From IMG/VR virus record IMGVR_UViG_3300025009_000089, positions 627 through 64,626 of that record: 64,000 bases of DNA. The stretch is one strand, 5' to 3'. The notes under the pieces were generated by a model that worked only from the letters and a program-made list of their open reading frames with translations, made no database searches and was not told the origin of the DNA. The DNA comes from a virus. Within the stretch, counting starts at the first letter, position 1. Each line of letters begins with the position of its first letter. Both the position numbers and the translations under genes were made by a program. Shown piece by piece: positions 63,710 through 64,000 of this stretch.

Positions 63710-64000
63710 TTAAAGTTTATTCACTTCAAGAATAATTGAATAAGAATCTCCAGCAGTATGGCCTACTGTAGTAAATAATAAATCTCCAGTAACACCACTT
63801 CCAGCATTATTTTTAATCCCACCAAAACTAGAAAAATCTAAAAATCCTGTTTGATTTGCTGCAACAGCATATGTAAGAACATCTGTTGTAGCATCCCAAA
63901 GCATTCGTACTGCCATACCATCAGTAGTAAACCAAATCTTATTAATAGTTACTTTTGTTGGAGCATCTACCAATGTGCTAACATCAACTTTTACAACAGC
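63710..64000 (-). CDS. Virion-associated protein (5' end outside the window)
   Basis: Frame is open to base 64000; V.I.KIW....GM.V.M.WDATTD...G.LDFS.FGG..NNAGSG.TGD..FTT. Confidence 0.65.
   Translation of the reverse strand, partial: AVVKVDVSTLVDAPTKVTINKIWFTTDGMAVRMLWDATTDVLTYAVAANQTGFLDFSSFGGIKNNAGSGVTGDLLFTTVGHTAGDSYSIILEVNKL

Noticed and set aside
1-64000. Integrated prophage or alternative genetic code
   Set aside because: No integrase, att-like junction or host genes are seen. Long ORFs are uninterrupted under code 11 and tightly coupled, so there is no sign of stop-codon reassignment.

Overview
This window is almost entirely one dsDNA tailed-phage genome (Caudoviricetes). A P22-type portal, head-tail adaptor and large ejection-type proteins, with no sheath or tape measure, suggest a podovirus-like virion. 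I see no bacterial housekeeping context, integrase or CI-type repressor. There are two oppositely oriented arms. (1) The minus-strand morphogenesis arm wraps round both window ends. At 1-8.2 kb it has TerS, TerL with an Ala-starting class 3 LAGLIDADG intein, an HNH, portal, a Tad2/DUF2829-like protein, GroES and a truncated scaffold. At 36.6-64 kb it has fibre/adaptor genes, a GC-rich block of signal-peptide-bearing proteins including a GH123-like enzyme, an unusual lysis-region cluster, tail proteins and a 1924-aa polyvalent ejection protein. (2) The plus-strand early/replication arm (8.8-36.5 kb) has tandem sigma70-type promoters, an origin-like palindromic region and many small paralogous genes. 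It also has a UvrD-like helicase, a nuclease/AAA/SSB recombination module, NAD-dependent ligase, MazG, a ParB-methyltransferase fusion, a UDG-PolA fusion with His at the position equivalent to E. coli 762, DUF3987, a DEDDh exonuclease and a ThyX-like enzyme. The major capsid gene is not in the window; it probably lies just past the edges. The most unusual sequence-level signals are structured non-coding elements: two four-way-junction RNAs and a tRNA-like element with about 100 nt between its D and T arms. All product calls come from motif recognition by eye; no database searches were run.
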